Positions 1 through 12,722 are shown, numbered from the stretch's first letter. The stretch is 64,000 nucleotides of DNA from Takakia lepidozioides (GCA_030704615.1 CM060731.1:71238001-71302000); one strand, 5' to 3'. The notes: generated by a model from the letters alone, not told the origin. Numbers and translations: made by a program.

Positions 1-435
1 AATTCGTCATCCCTTAAGAGAAAGCCTCATCCAGTACGGAAAAAAAAAGCATAAAGGAGGAATAAAACGAATTCAAATCCTGGTATTTTTCATCCGACAT
101 GGATGGAAAAATTATAAATAGGATGTCAGTGTCACAACCCCTATGGAGGTAATTCCTCATTCTCTGGTGACTCATCTGATATTGATGAAAGTCAATAAAA
201 GAGGAATGAAAAATTATAGGTCCTTTTTAGCGGTATTTTAGTGTCCACCCAGGTGATTCTTCCGGTATGGATAGAAAACCTTTACAAGTCGGGTGAAAAC
301 ACCTTTTAGAGTCCATCTGGTATAGATGGAAAATCATGAAAAGAACACTGAAGCAACCGGCCAATTCCGAGGAGGGAGACAGAGGGAGAGAGGGGGCAAC
401 AATGAAAAAAAATGGGTTGGGGGGGGGGGGGGAGG

Positions 436-1356
436 GCAGATGGTGGGGTCAGCTACAACACATGTCCAACACCAGATATCCTAAGTTAATTGACTCTATA
501 TCTTGGAAACAGGACCGCCCACCGACCTGTCAAACAAGCTAAGTCCTGGCAGAAGACAGTAGAAGAGATTCTCAAGGACCTGGACCTTGAACCGCAAGTC
601 TTCACCCTGCTGGATAAATCTGACTTAGAGGCTGTAGTGTCCAACCATGTATGTTGCCATGAGATTGTCTGATGAAAATGAAGTTAGGCAGAAAACTTCC
701 CTGCACTTGTTTCCAGTCAGCGACATGGGGGAGGACATCTTGGATGACCTCAAGGGTCTACCCACTCTCGGCACTAGACTGAAATTTAAACTCAGGGCAG
801 GAAGCCTACCTTTGAACAGCAAATAGAAGCAGAGAGGAAACGGAGAGTGCAATTGCCCGTTGTGTGGGCAATCTGAAGACAATATTCATTCTTTGATACA
901 CTGTCCGGGGTTCTCTCACCAAAGAGACTCTATCTTCAAATCTATCAAGGGAATTGTGCATGTACCTCTGTTTACTAACTTTGAAAAAGTCGAGGCTGAG
1001 CCAAAAGCCCAACCCCTTCGCCCTGTCAAACAGGGTGAGCCCTGGAGAAGAGAGTAAAAGAGATTCTCAAGGATCTGAATATGGACCTGCAAGTCTTGAC
1101 CTTGCTGGATAAACCTGACTTAGAGAGTGTAGTGTCCAAAGCCATGTCTGTTACCAGAAAATTGTCCGATGAAAATGAAGTTAGGAATAAAACTTCCCTG
1201 AACCTGTTTCCAGTCTGTGACATGGGGGAGGACATCATGGATGCGCTCAAGGGTCTATCCCACTCTTGGCACCAGACCTAAATTTAAAGTCAAGGTAGGA
1301 AGACTACCTTTGAACAGTAAATAGAAGCAGAGAGGAAAGGGAGAATGCAATTTCCC
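436..1356 (+). mobile_element. 3' fragments of a non-LTR retrotransposon (RTE/RTEX-like), with the C-terminal segment tandemly duplicated (~520-860 and ~1020-1356)
   Basis: Peptides RWWGQLQHMSNTRYPKL and CPLCGQSEDNIHSLIHC (CCHC-like). Near-identical sequence recurs at 23752-24263 (-), 24840-25030 (-) and 36075-37030 (+), and the 24840 copy continues into RT motifs. Many stops. Confidence 0.75.
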
Positions 1357-1964
1357 TGACGTACCTCTGCTGCTGCTGGTGCTTGAAGCGAGCTGGCGCG
1401 GCGAGCGGCTGCGGTGCTGTTGCACCTGCCAGCGGCGCGGGTCCCCGCCGCTGCAAGGCGTCTCTCCCCCGCTCACCGCGACTCTCTCTCTCTTTAGCTC
1501 GTTAGGTCGCGCCTCTGTGCGGCGTTCCTACCACACAAGGGAGAGAGACATCAGCCCGTGCTTGGGGCAAGAAAGAAAGACAGAAAGTGAGGGAGGAGGC
1601 GGTGCTTACCTTGGGCGTTGGAGCGGCGTTGGGGCAAACTCCTTGGGGCCTTGCGACCACCTCGGGCTCAGTAGCAGGTGCGTTTCTCCTCCACCCTAAA
1701 CCCCACTCTCTAAACTACCTCTCTCCCAAAGAACAAACGAAAACGGGATGGGAAAGAGATGCTTGAAGCACTTATGGGAAAAAAAAAAAGCGCGGCGCCC
1801 ACGTGCGATGCCCGGCCGTCGCACGCCTGCGCCCGCCCTTTTTTGAAATGTAAAAATAAAGATTGCGACGGTTGGCCGTCGTTTCTTGCGACCCCCGACC
1901 CCATAAATAAAAAACACGTTGCCCCCAGCGATGGTTGTCCGTCACGGGGTGCGACCCCCAGGTA

Positions 1965-2124
1965 AAAAAAACTCGTCGTCCAATGCGACGCCAGGGTGTC
2001 GCAGGAGGCGACGGCCGGCCTTTCTGGATTTAGGGTTTAGAGCCTTTTGGGTTTCTTAGTTTTTATTTTATTTATTTATTTTTTCATATGGTACTGGGTT
2101 AGGGTGTTTGCTTTTCTTTATGGT
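1965..2124. repeat. Left arm of a long inverted repeat (partner 5889-6035) bracketing the SET and transposase ORFs
   Basis: TTCATATGGTACTGGGTTAGGGTGTTTGCTTTTCTTTATGGT pairs with ACCATAAAGAAAAACAAACACCCTACCCCAGTACCATATGAA, and similarity continues through GTCGCAGGAGGC. Confidence 0.85.
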
Positions 2125-2607
2125 GCTGGGTTTTGGATTAATGGTTTTGGTTGTGGGTCTTGGGGTTAAAAGGATAAACGGTGTAATTAGGATTCACATA
2201 CCCAAAATGTGGTTCAATCTGATAATCGCAAAGCGCTAGGTCTCAACAAATTTTTCCATAGTGTGAGCATCCTAAAGATAGAACGAGAGGAAGGATTAAT
2301 TGTCTTGGGCTCTAGCACCATAGGGATGCTCTGCCTTTGGTTACCAATTTTGAAAGCCCCGAGGCTGAGGCATAGGGGTTTTTTGCCAACGGTTTTTGAG
2401 AAATGAAAGTGTTGGTGGTGTGTGTTAATTAGGATAGGATGGTGAGGAAACATCGACCCATCTCCCTTGAGGATGGGGATGTAGTACCACATATCGATTG
2501 TGGCCCTAGAGCGACCATTTTTCATGGCAAGGAGGCACCCATTGCACCTGATCCAATACAGGTTGCCGGGCACAATCGTAGAAGGGACCGGGGCCAAATT
2601 TCAGGTG

Positions 2608-4108
2608 ATGCTGAGGATGTTGACACTCCGGGATCGAGTCGGGCGCGCCGCGGGTTGCCCCCTCGCGGGCCACCCCGTCCAGCCACGTCCACCTTTGACC
2701 CCCCCCCCCTACAGGATTGAGTGTTGGTGCACTAAGTGTTGGGAACGGATACCGCCGGGCGGCACCAGACCACCGAGGTGGCGACCGCATGTTGTCGAAA
2801 AACATTACAAAAAGAACAAGATTGCGGATGCGGCAAAGATGAGTGGTTTTTCCCACCCCTCTCATTAACATTCATCTAAGGTACATTTAGGTTTATCTAA
2901 TAATATAGTATGATTGGTAAGCATACATGAATCAAAATTACGACATAAGTATTGATGCATCGTTCACTATGCACATTGCAGCCACGACTTGATGCCCAAG
3001 CTCACAATCACATTGCACAGGAGGCATTTCGCGCCGGTCTACTTGCAGAATTTGTGCCAGAGCATGTGCCCGATGTGACCAGTTGGTTCCCCCATAAGCA
3101 TGTAGATGAGATGCGTAGGGTCGAGGGGTGTCGTAGGTGTCGCAGGCGTTATGGCCGGTGACGAGCAGGCCTACCCCCCCACCCTCCAGTTTCCTCAGGC
3201 GGTCCCCCTGATTGTGGCCTCCCCCCCCCCCATCTATTTCTTTGCCTGATCCACCTCCGGTTGTACCTGATCCGGACGTTGTACCCCCGGCTGCACCTCC
3301 GACATTACATCTTCAACCACCTCCACTTTCATCTCCTCCGCCAGCAGTACCACCTCCACCACCACCACCACCACCTCCACCTCCACCTCCATCTCCACGT
3401 GCATGTGCCCCTCGAACCCCTAGGAGGGGTCGGCTTCGCCCTAGGTTTCCTCCCCTTCGGCTTGGGCGGCCTGAGCCGAATCCTCGCCCCCGATGGGAAG
3501 CGCATAGGAGGTTACTGAGGACCGTCCAGCCTCGTTGTTGGGGGAATCATCTCGACCCTCCCACCCCCATCCGAGAAAATGTGGAGTTCGAGTATTGGGG
3601 GAGACGGTATGTTGTGAGAGCCGTTACAGACCCTGCTATGGGTCAGGGTTTATTCACGGTCAATGATATTGTGGTTCCTCCTCGGAGAAACAACATGGTA
3701 GACTTGTTTCCCTACTACGGTCCATACTACACCTCCGCGGAGTTCCGTACATTATGCCTCGAAGTCCCATACATCCTACCCTACATTTTGTGTGTCAACG
3801 GACAGGATGTACGTAGACGGGGGTTGTCTCCCATTGAGATCAGATTTTATGATGGTGACCCCGACATCTTCGGAAATGTTGTTGGGCTGGTCAATAGTTC
3901 TTTTGGTCATCCTAGGAGAACCAATGTAGTATGGGACGAGCGAAGCGATGGGCATGAGAGCTTTTGTGGTCATACGTCAGTATACTGTGAGGGGATGCAC
4001 ATGTTTGTGATGACATGTGCTAGTAGGACTATTAGGGCTGGCAATGAACTATTTGCATTATACGAGTTCTCCCGGGATGATTGGGACCTCCGATTACAGT
4101 GTGAGTGA
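2608..4108 (+). pseudogene. CACTA-borne gene: CxCxxC...H (transposase-associated-like) motif, Pro-rich linker, SET domain (3608-4063). Upstream exons disrupted; SET-containing ORF 3212-4108 open
   Basis: SET motifs in order: MGQGLFTVNDI, PYYGP, DIFGNVVGLVNSS, RTNV, ASRTIRAGNELFALY. Likely intron 2881-2981 (AAG/GT...CAG). Stops at 2866 and 3159, and a frame change in the poly-C tracts. Confidence 0.75.
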
Positions 4109-5177
4109 GATGTGTATGATAGAAATAGGGTTCCTTTGAGACAGGGATCGCGTAGAGAGACATTGTAGATATTCTCATGATGTACTTTGTATACATCCGA
4201 TTAATCGATTGATGTAAATTTTTTTCTTGTTGCTCGTGTGGGTTGTAATTTTGCATATGTGATCTAAACATACTTATGCACATGTGGACCAAATATGAGC
4301 TTGAACCAAGTTGATTCAATGGGTCATTCTAGTGTTGAACGCAACTACGTGCCATAGAGACGGAAAATTGTGTTTCGCCTGCAGATGATTTTTTTTTATT
4401 CCATTTTCAAGCCATATGCTTAATGATAGCATATGCAATGTGCGTGCAAAATTTGGGAGTAAACAAAAGTCATTTGGACCCATAACCAGATTTTGTTCTC
4501 TCATTTGCACTCCAAAGTTGAGTTATCTTCAACTTCATGCACTCTTTACAGAGAGTTCTGCAAAAGTGACCCTAGAAACACACTTATTTTTTTTCCATTT
4601 TTTTTTTGTCCCATTTTTTGCATGGATGTAGTGGTGCAAAGCTCGATGTCACAGAATAAAATAGAGATAAGAATAAAATCATTACGCACCTCAAAACCGC
4701 AATCATATATTTTTTAAATGCAAATATTTATTTTAAATTCATTTAAATTCGATTTAATTCAAAATTGGTGCTAGGGTGAGTGCGTCGTTGGGGAGGTAAT
4801 GTTTTTAAAAATATATATATTTTATTTATTTTTTCTGCTGGATCTTTGTACAGGTGTTGCACACATATTTAAGCACATGTAGGAAAAAATGAAGCTTGAA
4901 CCACATCCGTTTGTTGGGTGCAATGGCATGAGAGGATTTTCTTTCACATTAATAAACAAAAATTGATAGGGTGAATGCGACATTGGGGGGGCAAATGATT
5001 TTGTTTGGGTTTGATACTTTGCATGCGTGTACGTTACGCACATACATGTAATTATTGAATGACATATTTGATGCACACACACATTGAAGGTTGTTGTTTG
5101 CATTTCGCTTATAATGAAGTGTATGGTTGCAAGGACACATTATAATATATGTCCCTATGTTCATTTGTTCGTATCAG

Positions 5178-5813
5178 GACTTTGTCCATCCCTTCCCGGT
5201 CTTTTCTCTTGGCACCCCATCCGAAAACAACCCAAGTACATTAGGCGGAAGCCGTGGGCGAGACGCCGCCCCCACGGTACCGGACGATGATGACGATGTC
5301 AGTAATAGTGACAGTGACAACAACAATGAGCATGGAATTAACCAGGAGGATGTGCAAGCCATGGATGATCTCTTAATGCATCATGTGGGCGCTGATGCAT
5401 CCCATGAAGAGGGAACCCGACCAATCGATGATCCTGAAATGGCCCCCTCAAATGACATGGAGAGGGAGGCGAGCGATCCCTTGTACGAAGGAGCGAAAGT
5501 GAGTCGACTTTCAACAATCTTACTTTTGCTCAATCGTCAAATTCGATTTGGCATAAGTAATGTTGGGATGTCTGCCATAACGCGAACTATTGCAGACTAT
5601 ATCCTTGCTCCACACTTGAAACCCAAGATGCCACAGTCGCGGAAAGAGGCGTGCGAAGTCTTGGACTCTGTAGGGATGGGCTATAAGATTTTTCATGCAT
5701 GTCCATGTGATAAAACCCTATACTATGGAGAGGATTCGCATCTCACCAAGTGCCCAAAGTGCAAGAAAGACCGATATCGGGATGATGTCCAAAGGAAAAA
5801 AGTACCACGCAAG
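5178..5813 (+). pseudogene. CACTA transposase (TnpD/Tnp2) N-terminal fragment; DDE core absent
   Basis: DPLYEGA...GMGYKIFHACPCDKTLYYG...CPKC..DRY...KKVPRK is the characteristic pre-catalytic region. It stops at AAG/ATATAAG, which looks like a mutated GT donor. Confidence 0.85.
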
Positions 5814-5888
5814 ATATAAGCGCCATTCCCTCTCGCATGGAGATTATTAGAGAGTAGTACTCATGCAAGGTCCACAACAACAAGCTAA

Positions 5889-6035
5889 ACCATAAAGAAA
5901 AACAAACACCCTACCCCAGTACCATATGAAAAAAAAAAAAAACTAAGAACCCCCAAAGGCCCTAAACCTAAACCTAGAAAGCACTGCCGTTGCCTCCTGC
6001 GACCCCCCACGCGTCACAAACTGCAACGCGTTTTC
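5889..6035. repeat. Right arm of the inverted repeat, followed by a ~69-bp tandem duplication (6038-6170)
   Basis: Reverse complement of 1965-2124. TGGATTTATGAGGCCGGGGGTCGCAAACGGCGACGG occurs twice. Confidence 0.85.
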
Positions 6036-6600
6036 TTGGATTTATGAGGCCGGGGGTCGCAAACGGCGACGGCCATCCGTCGCCAACTGCGACTTGTTTT
6101 TTTGAATGGATTTATGAGGCCGGGGGTCGCAAACGGCGACGGACAGCCGTCACAAACTGTCACATGTTTTTTTTGTTTTGAAAGAATAGGGCAGCCGGGC
6201 AGTTTGCGACGCCCGGCCGTCGCAGGGGCCTTTTGCCCTTCATGTCACCATGCGACGGCCGGGCGTCGCAAGAAAGGGCTGCGTTGAAAGAAATGGCAAG
6301 AAATGGTTTTTTTTTTCCAGCGTGCGACGACCGGCCGTCGCCAGAAAGGGCTGCCTTCTGCCCTTCGCTAGGGGCGACGCTTAGGCGTCGCATGGAAGGG
6401 CTGCCATTTTCCCTTCATCACTCCGTGCGACGGCCAGGCGTCGCCGCCTGGCCCCGGCGCCAGGTTTCACTCTCGCGGGTTTGGCTACGACGGCTCGGCG
6501 TCGCAAACACGCTCTGCGGGGTTGGCGTCGCACCCTCGGCGCCGCGCGGGCGTGGGGGCGCGGTTGGCGTCGCAAACCCCCCCCCCCATTTGCTGTAGTG

Positions 6601-7957
6601 CATGCTTTCTTTTCTCAGGACCAGGTCAACACCGTTATGGGTCCTCAAAGAGGGAACTCAGGCTACCAGCAGCTTCTTCAAAATATCCTGCTTCCATGGA
6701 TCCATAACCTGACCGCGGGCCCAGATCATGGTTTGTCTAACAGTTGGATTACTTGTTCCAACAATCCCAACCAAGTGATCTACATCACTGATTCCAAATC
6801 AGATCACTTCATGGGGCTGGTGATGAACAAATTAGACCTCTCCAACTATCTGCACCTTTCATCCAGGGCCCCAGCCGTTATCTCTGGTGGACAATTCACT
6901 CTAGTTAGAATCTGTCACTGGTCATCAAAAGACAAGGATATGAATCCTATGGCTCCTCTTGGCCAGCCAATAGCTTCATGGCTCTCTTCTCAATTGTTTC
7001 TATGGGTAGAGGGAGGCCCTCTCATGGGTCTGGTGGTAGACCCTAAAGAATGGTCTTGGGATTTTGAACCCTCCCGACCTTCGTTCTTTAACTATTCAGC
7101 CAAAGCTGCATACCGCTCCACGTTGAAACCAAACCAATGGAACTCTAAATGGGCTGGGCATGGTCTTCAACAAGCTAATTGGAACCTCATCTGGTCTCAT
7201 ATTTGGATCAAGGTCAGACCAACGAAGGTGGCTGCGTTCCTTTGGCAACTCGCTAACAGGGTTCTCAAGGTCGGGGCTTGGTTGTCATTCTCAGAGGCAC
7301 TACTCTGTAAATGCTGCAACCTTGGTATCTCGGAATCAATTGAGCATTGCCTCCTCCTCTGTACCATACCCTCTAAAACTTGGCCTCGACTCCTTCCTGT
7401 TATGCAGATATGGAAACCAGGGTCACCCTCTTCAGTTCAAAAGCTTTTAAATTATGACCCAACCTAGTGTATGATTCCTTTAGGTCTATCGCGTTGTGGA
7501 ATATATGGAAGGTAAGATGCAGTTGGACTCTAAATCACGAGAGAGGTTGTCTCTCTATTTTACTGTCTACAATATTTCATGAGGTCCAAATTGAGGCAAG
7601 AAAGGCTTGGGTCAAAATGCATGGCGACATCAGTAGGGATCCAGAGGCTGAACCTGGGCTTCTCAGGAAATTCCAAAGATCTTGGGGCAGAAACGAGTTC
7701 CTATGCAGCTGCTCTTCGACGTCAAGCTGTCAATGGTCCAAAAGCCCACCAAACTCCTGGCAGTTCGCAGCAGCTTCGTTGCCTTGAATCACCCGAATTT
7801 GAAAGGGAGGTCAACTGGAAACATATTGGTGGGAAGCGCTCCACCAGACTCTGCTTCGACTAGTAGATCTCCATGCAGGCTTCCTCTTTGCGATCGGCAA
7901 ATTTTTTTCCCTTTCACTTAGTTCCGCCCTTGTCTGCCCTTTCTATCTCGTTTAGTT
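6601..7957 (+). mobile_element. L1-clade LINE, 5'-truncated ORF2 end with zf-RVT; 3' UTR interrupted by the Gypsy insertion
   Basis: WSHIWIKVRPTKVAAFLWQL...CKCCNLGISESIEHCLLLC and LWNIWKVRC motifs in ORFs 6481-7467 and 7467-7787. Confidence 0.85.
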
Positions 7958-8375
7958 TGTCATGGTTTTAGTCATGGTTATCTAGAATTACCTACTTCTA
8001 GTTAACTAGGACATTTTAGATATTTATATTTATATTTTGTGTGTTGGGACTTCATTTGGTCTCACATGCCAAGTGAGGTGTCGAGCCTCACTTGAGACAT
8101 GGAGATAGGTTTTCCCCTTGTGAGTGTTGAGGAGGCTCATCTTCTTGTAGTTGAGCCTCCATGAGCTTCTCTCACCTCCATAGCTCTAGGTATTGAGAGG
8201 GAGTGTGTTGAGGGCTTTGTAGGGTGGATTCCTTTAGCAAAGGTGCCCTTGGCTTGACTTAGTTTATGTGATAGAGTGGATTTCACTTGGAAGGACTAGG
8301 GCTTGTTCTTCATGTGATTGCTTCATGCTTTGAGAGCTTTCATTGTCTTCTACTTCTCTCATTTCTCATCTCTTA
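7958..8375 (+). repeat. 5' LTR segment (418 bp), matching 14485-14902; the LTR-like block may extend to TGACA at 9372
   Basis: Direct comparison shows about 3 mismatches. Starts TGTCA. Confidence 0.9.
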
Positions 8376-9419
8376 TCACTACAAGAAGATCACCTTATGC
8401 TTGTGAGTGCGGAGTGTAAGGATTAGTTTTGCACTTGTATTTTAAAGAGGTTGAGAGCTAGGAGAATTTAGCTCTTGTATCACAAGGCTTGCAAGGGGTT
8501 GCAAGGAAAGGTGCTCGAGTATTGCATGCACCAAGGAGTTGGAGAGCTTGAGAAGAAAGCTCTTGAGTCACAAGATTTTGCAAGGATTGTAAGGAGGAAG
8601 TCTTGTGTGTGTGGAAGCATGGATTCTAGGGTTTGAGAATCCTTTGTATGCATCACGGAGTCGATGGTGTGCGTCATGGCTTGCGGAGAGTGACTAAAGG
8701 CTTGTTAGTGCTCATTTCACTATAAGCTAGGGTTAAGCAAGTTCAAAGTGTGGATGTTGTGGAAGAGAAGCCAATGAGCTATATATGCTTGGGCTTGAAG
8801 ACAACAAGGGCAAGCACTTGGAGAGCACTAAGAAGTTCAAGAGGTTTTGAAAGGGAGCATATGAAGAAATCTTCCAATCATGGTGGTGTGGAGCCAAGCT
8901 TAGGGTGCCATTGGAAGGGCTTGGAGAACATGTGGTGGGAAATTCTTGAAGGGAAATCATCATTCAATGTATGCATAGCTTCACCCTAACTATGTAATGT
9001 GACAAGAGGGGGAGGAAATACTTGGCTATTCATGCTCTTGGTAGTGCGAGCTTTGTGGTGGATAGTTGACCAAGCAAGTGGTGCATGTGTGGAGCATGCT
9101 CGCTTGAGTTTGTAAGTTCAAGTTTGAGAAGGGGAGCTCTTGAACTAGCAAGAGGTGAAGGCCTTTGAGATCCATTTGTGTGTGAAGTGGAGAGGTGTTG
9201 ATTCATGTTATGATGAAGGAGAGCAACACATAGGCCAAGAGGTCATGAAACATGCATTCAAATGACCACGGGGAGCACATGGATGATGGATTGGTGCAAG
9301 ACCCCAAATGAGGCATATGGCGTGAGAGTGGGATCCAAGGCGGATTGCTTATGAGCATTATTGTAAGTGACAAACATTGCTCCTACACATTGAGATAATT
9401 TGTGTTGATTTGGAGCAAT

Positions 9420-9650
9420 TGTCACGACGTGAGTTGGCCATTGGACTACAGCCGGATCACCCTACAGATGGCTCAGTGATGCGAACCAAGGCCATTGTGA
9501 CAGACGCGGTCTCTTACGATGTCCTCGTTGGTGGGGCAGTGTTATATCCTATGGGCTTCACCCTGGACTTTTGGGAGGAGTCAGCATCCTACAGGCCTGG
9601 ATGGCAGTGAGGGGATGGTCGTCGTGCACAGCTCCCTGTGATATTCATTG
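9420..9650 (+). pseudogene. C-terminal half of a retropepsin-like aspartic protease
   Basis: AIVTDAVSYDVLVGGAVLYPMGFTLDF fits the D-x-L-x-G C-terminal protease motif. The catalytic DxG and gag are not seen. Confidence 0.55.
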
Positions 9651-10002
9651 GGGGTATTGCGGCTGCCCAGCGGGGCAAGATGCCAACACTAGCCGCCTTT
9701 ACAGCTGCAGTTAGTTGGCTTGGAGAGTTGCTGGAAGGCAATGCTCATGCAAAGGATGTGCCACCTCCAGTAGAGCAGGATGACATGCATGGTATGGCGG
9801 AGTTGCCTGCCATGGTTGCTCACACTCCATTATGGGGTACGAGAAGGATTTGCAGCAGGCTGCTGATGGACGGGTACAACAAGCCTGGGTAGAGGCCTTC
9901 GTACCGTCAGGAGAAGATGAGAGTGCGGTGATTGCACCATGACCACCTCAGTTGTCGCCATTGGACACCACACCTCTTGTGTGGCAGTGCCCGGATGAAG
10001 AC

Positions 10003-10945
10003 ATATGCCTTCTGGACTTGTTTGGCGGGATCAACACTGGATTGGCTGCAGTACTGCAGGCAGGTGTACGAGTTCGACGTTACCTGTATGTGGAGAGGGA
10101 TGAGACTGCACGACGCATCTCACTGCGCCATGTTGCTCAGTTGGTACAACAATACCCTGATTTGTTGCCAGTGTCTGCAGTTCGTGGATACCAACAAGCT
10201 TTGCCAGCAGACATTTCGTTGCTGGGGGCGCAAGATTTGGAGCGGGTTGGCTCCGTTGATCTGGTAGTGGCAGGTTGGCCCTGCCAAGGGCATTCATCAG
10301 CCAAGCATGGCAATGGATTTTGAGACTCGAGGACGAGTCTATTTTGGGAGATGGTGCGGATTTTGCGCCACTTGCAGCTTCATCAAGCTGTATCTCCAGC
10401 ATACATCTTGGAGAATGTGCCACTGATGGGTGATTCTCGGGCTAGGGTGATGGCCAGTGTGCATCAAGTCCGGTCGTGGCTTGGGTCAGCAGTGTTGCTG
10501 AATGCAGCTGCAGTGTGGTCATGGGCTCATCGTCCACGGCTATGGTGGACTAACTTGATGCCACCCGCACTGCTCAAGCGTGCATTTGATGGGGTGCAGC
10601 GGCCAGCACACACAGTGGATAACATTTTGGACACAAGGAGACAGTCTCAACGTGTGAGACACGATGACCGTTCGCCTTTGGCAGTGGTCAACAGGGTGGG
10701 TCAACCACGAGCAGCATTACCTACACTGCTCAGCTTCCCAGGATCCCATGCTTTTCGGGATGGTGGACCTGGCCTCTTGTGGGATAGCCAGTTGCAACAA
10801 TTAGTGGAGCCCAATGCTGACGAGCGCGAGCAGGCGATGGGTTTTACCACAGGTACCACGGCGGTGCCATCTCTTTCTGAGGCATCACGTGTTGGGGCAA
10901 GCAATGGATCTCAATTGCTTGACCTGGATTATCAGTTTGACTATG
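10003..10945 (+). pseudogene. C5-cytosine DNA methyltransferase domain (DNMT3-like, canonical motif order) inside Gypsy pol
   Basis: Motif I LLDLFGG, II YVERD, III ADI, IV DLVVAGWPCQGHS (Cys codon 10282-10284), V SLFWE, VI YILENV, VIII AHRPRLWWTNL, IX EREQAMGF..GTT, X VLGQAMD. One stop at 10321 and one frameshift near 10888. Confidence 0.93.
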
Positions 10946-11368
10946 GCTGAGCAGCGCAGAGTACGGAGTACACTTCCCTTCATGGTCTCCCTGCCTACCG
11001 AGACGGTACAGGCAGCGAGTGGGGGCGAGCAGGTAAGGACCACGAGGTGTAGGCCGCATCCATGGCACATATGGGAGGTGCTCGAGGTTCAGAAGGAGTT
11101 GGCAGCCAAGGCGGCGGTGATGGATCAGGTTGGGGATTTTTCTCGGATTGAGGAGGTCCTCAAGGATGAGATGATGGGGCAGGATGAGACATTGTCACTG
11201 ACAGAGGAGGCAGTGGTCACTGCTCAAGAGGTTGCAGCATAGCAACCACAAGACGCGTCTTCTACCTCTAAGCCTGCTCGACTCAAGGTTGCAGTCACGG
11301 AGGACAACTGAAAGCCTGATGTTGGACCTATAGTCACCGGAGGAGAGAGACGACGTATACGGCGGTTC

Positions 11369-12130
11369 TTGAGGGCTTACAAGAACTGCTTTGCCTTCAG
11401 TTCGAAGGACTTAGGAGCACTGAAGGGTCAAGAGATTCGCATTGAATTGGCTACTGACACGCTAATCTTTTGGAGACCCTATAGATACAGTGACATGGAG
11501 AGGTCCTTGATTCAGATGAGAACTCATGACCTTTGGGAGGCTGGTTTGGTGGAGCTATCTGGGGGAGAGTATGCTTCAGCCACAGTGATGCCAACCAAGA
11601 AGGATGTCTTTGGCAATTGGACGGAGAGACGTATGTGCGGTGATTACCGGCCTGTAAATCGTCAGACCAAGTCCGATAGGTATGCCATGCCAACACCAGA
11701 GGAGATCTTTGATGCCATCGGGTATGCCAAGGTCTTTAGCACGTTGGATTTACGATCCGGATATCACTAGTTGCCGATCAAGGAGGCGGATAAGCAAAAG
11801 ACGGCATTCTGGGGGATCAATGAGCACGGGAAGGATTGCCTATACCAGTGGCGGTTCTTACCATTTGGGCTTAAGAACGCTCCGGCAGAGTTTCAGAGAG
11901 TCATGGACAGGATTCTAGCAGGGGTGGAGTTTGCTCGGTGCTACATAGATGACATCATCATCTTTAGTGCTACGGTGGAAGAACATGAGAGACACCTTCA
12001 GGGGGTATTTGAGCGCTTGAGGGCGCACAGATTGAAGTTACATCCGGGAAAGTGCAAGTTTTTCCACAACCAAATTGAGTATCTGGATCACATGATATAT
12101 CCTGGAGGATTGGGGGTACAGCAGACTAAG
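11369..12130 (+). pseudogene. Gypsy reverse transcriptase
   Basis: RMCGDYRPVN, LDLRSGYH*L, KTAFW, LPFGLKNAPAEFQRVMD, YIDD, KCKFF. In-frame stop at 11768. Confidence 0.97.
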
Positions 12131-12349
12131 GTAGGTCCATTGCACAGGTTCCATGCCCCACGGATGTGAGCCGAGTTCGAGCTTTCTTGGGGTTAGCAAA
12201 CTATTATAGATGGTTTGTTAAGGGATTTAGTGCCATTGCAAAGGCTCTATTCAAGCTGACCAAGGTGGACCAGGAGTGGCAGTGGGAAGATGAGCAAGAA
12301 CAAGCTTAAGGCGAGGTTGACCTCGGCGCCCATCTTGAGACGACCTATC

Positions 12350-12722
12350 AGGGGGCGTCCTTTTTAGTTGCATACAGATTGGAGCATGCTGGGGCTTGGA
12401 GCGGTGCTCACACAGGTGGATGATGAGAGAAGAGAGTTCGTAGTGGCTTATGCTAGCCGCTCAAACAACGTTGCAGAGTCTAAGTATAGCTCATATGAGG
12501 GAGAATGCTTAGCTGCAGTGTGGGCCGTGGCACACTTCAGGTGCTATCTATACGACAATCTCTTCACCCTTGTCACGGATCACCAACCACTCAAGTGGTT
12601 GATAGAGTCAGACAAGCTTACGGGGAAGCTTGCACGGTGGGCACTCATCCTTCAAGAGTATGACTTTCAGGTGGTGCATCGACCGGGTTTGGTCAATCGC
12701 AATGCAGATGGGTTGAGTCGCA
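12350..12722 (+). pseudogene. Gypsy RNase H
   Basis: HTDWS..GLGAVL, VAYASRS, YSSYEGECLA, TDHQPLKWL, RWALILQEYDF, NADGLSR. Confidence 0.95.

Larger units (their letters stand above)
1357..6600 (+). mobile_element. CACTA (En/Spm) DNA transposon remnant, non-autonomous, left end missing
   Basis: Right terminus TGCTGTAGTG at 6591-6600 (reverse complement CACTACAGCA). Dense GCGACG/CGTCGC subterminal repeats at 5990-6575 and 1780-2015. CACTA transposase N-terminal fragment at 5178-5813. No CACTA pentamer at the left edge. Confidence 0.85.

Noticed and set aside
1-350. GATGGAAAA repeats ending in AACACTG (possible hAT-type TIR)
   Set aside because: The other end lies outside the window, so TIR and TSD cannot be verified.
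3261-3518. His-rich ORF
   Set aside because: Alternate frame of the (CCA/CCT)n proline tract.
5990-6598. Several GC-rich ORFs on both strands (also at 1379-1965)
   Set aside because: They arise from stop-poor GCGACG subterminal repeats and show no protein motifs.
8377-8387. CACTACAAGAA, resembling a CACTA TIR, almost exactly where LTR homology ends
   Set aside because: No matching TTCTTGTAGTG end with a 3-bp TSD downstream; the CTTA microhomology already explains the breakpoint.
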